A stretch of DNA of 64,000 bases from Leucoraja ocellata (lineage: Eukaryota): contig JAWMAR010000159.1 of the NCBI GenBank assembly GCA_036785375.1, forward strand, positions 3,162,001 to 3,226,000, written 5' to 3'. Made by a program: the position numbers and the translations under genes. Of this stretch, positions 62,635-64,000 are shown piece by piece. How positions within the stretch are numbered: position 1 is the stretch's first letter; every line of letters begins with the position of its first letter. Below the pieces are notes generated by a model. The model saw only the letters and a list, made by a program, of their open reading frames with translations. It was not told the DNA's origin and did no database searches.

Positions 62635-64000
62635 TAGAAACATAGAAACATAGAAATTAGGTGCAGGAGTAGGCCATTCGGACCTTCGATCCTGCACCGC
62701 CATTCAATATGATCATGGCTGATCATCCAACTCATTATCCTGTACCTGCCTTCTCTCCATATCCCCTGATCCCCTTAGCCACAAGGGCCACATCTAACTC
62801 CCTCTTAAATATAGCCAATGAACTGGCATCAACTACCCTCTGTGGCAGAGAGTTCCAGAGATTTACCACTCTCTGTGTGAAAAAAGTTCTTCTCATCTCG
62901 GTTTTAAAGGATTTCCCCCTTATCCTTAAGCTGTGACCCCTTGTCCTGGACTTCCCTAACATCGCGAACAATCTTCCTGCATCTAGCCTGTCCAACCCCT
63001 TAAGAATTTTGTAAGTTTCTATAAGATCCCCTCTCAATCTCCTAAATTCTAGAGAGTATAAACCAAGTCTATCCAGTCTTTCTTCATAAGACAGTCCTGA
63101 CATCCCAGGAATCAGTCTGGTGAACCGTCTCTGCACTCCCTCTATGGCAATAATGTCCTTCCTCAGATTTGGAGACCAAAACTGTACGCAATACTCCAGG
63201 TGTGGTGTCACCAAGACCCTGTACAACTGCAGTAGAACCTCCCTGCTCCTATACTCAAATCCTTTTGCAATGAAAGCTAACATACCATTCGCTTTCTTCA
63301 CTGCCTGCTGCACCTGCATGCCTACTTTCAATGACTGGTGTACCATGACACCCAGGTCTCGCTGCATCTCCCCCTTTCCCAATCGGCCACCATTTAGATA
63401 ATTGTCTGCTTTCCCGTTTTTGCCATCAAAATGGATAACCTCACATTTATCCACATTATACTGCATCTGCCCACTCACCCAGCCTATCCAAGTCACCTTG
63501 CAGCCTCCTAGCATCCTCCTCACAGCTAACACTGCCCCCCAGCTTAGTGTCATCCGCAAACTTGGAGATATTGCCTTCAATTCCCTCATCCAGATCATTA
63601 ATATATATTGTAAATAGCTGGGGTCCCAGCACTGAGCCTTGCGGTACCCCACTAGTCACTGCCTGCCATTGTGAAAAGGACCCGTTTACTCCTACTCTTT
63701 GCTTCCTGTTTGCCAGCCAGTTCTCTATCCACATCAATACTGAACCCCCAATGCCGTGTGCTTTAAGTTTGTATACTAATCTCTTGTGTGGGACCTTGTC
63801 GAAAGCCTTCTGGAAGTCCAGATACACCACATCCACTGGTTCTCCCCTATCCACGCTACTAGTTACATCCTCGAAAAATTCTATAAGATTCGTCAGACAT
63901 GATTTACCTTTCGTAAATCCATGCTGACTTTGTCCAATGATTTCACCACTTTCCAAATGTGCTGCTATCGCATCTTTAATAACTGACTCTAGCAGTTTCC
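62635..64000 (-). mobile_element. Young CR1/HER1-type LINE, RT domain to 3' tail, one frameshift; continues beyond window
   Basis: ORFs 63456-63956 ([27 protein letters not shown]) and 62735-63652; (TTTCTATG)n tail. Confidence 0.96.

Overview
Vertebrate nuclear DNA, most likely a cartilaginous fish (skate, ray or shark), judged from HE1/V-SINE-type SINEs and HER1/CR1-type LINEs. I see no credible host protein-coding exon, so this looks like a large intron or gene desert densely filled with nested, decayed transposons. The families present are CR1 (SGNH ORF1, APE and RT remnants), Rex1/Babar, L1, RTE, Penelope-like elements (GIY-YIG remnants and fold-back pLTR relics with degenerate minimal hammerhead motifs), tRNA-derived SINEs and PIF/Harbinger-type MITEs. 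Recognisable ORFs in the track are TE remnants; the rest are shadow or chance ORFs. The best candidate for an undescribed system is a 139-bp TSD-flanked retroposon (23359-23497, minus strand). It consists of a minimal CPEB3/HDV-like ribozyme fold starting exactly at its 5' end, a hairpin and an (AAG)n tail. Second is a family of GC-rich non-coding retroposons whose sequence diverges but whose three hairpins are preserved with covarying pairs, and whose 3' architecture matches the Rex1/Babar LINE in this window. Family names come from recalled sequence signatures, not database searches; boundaries of old fragments are approximate.
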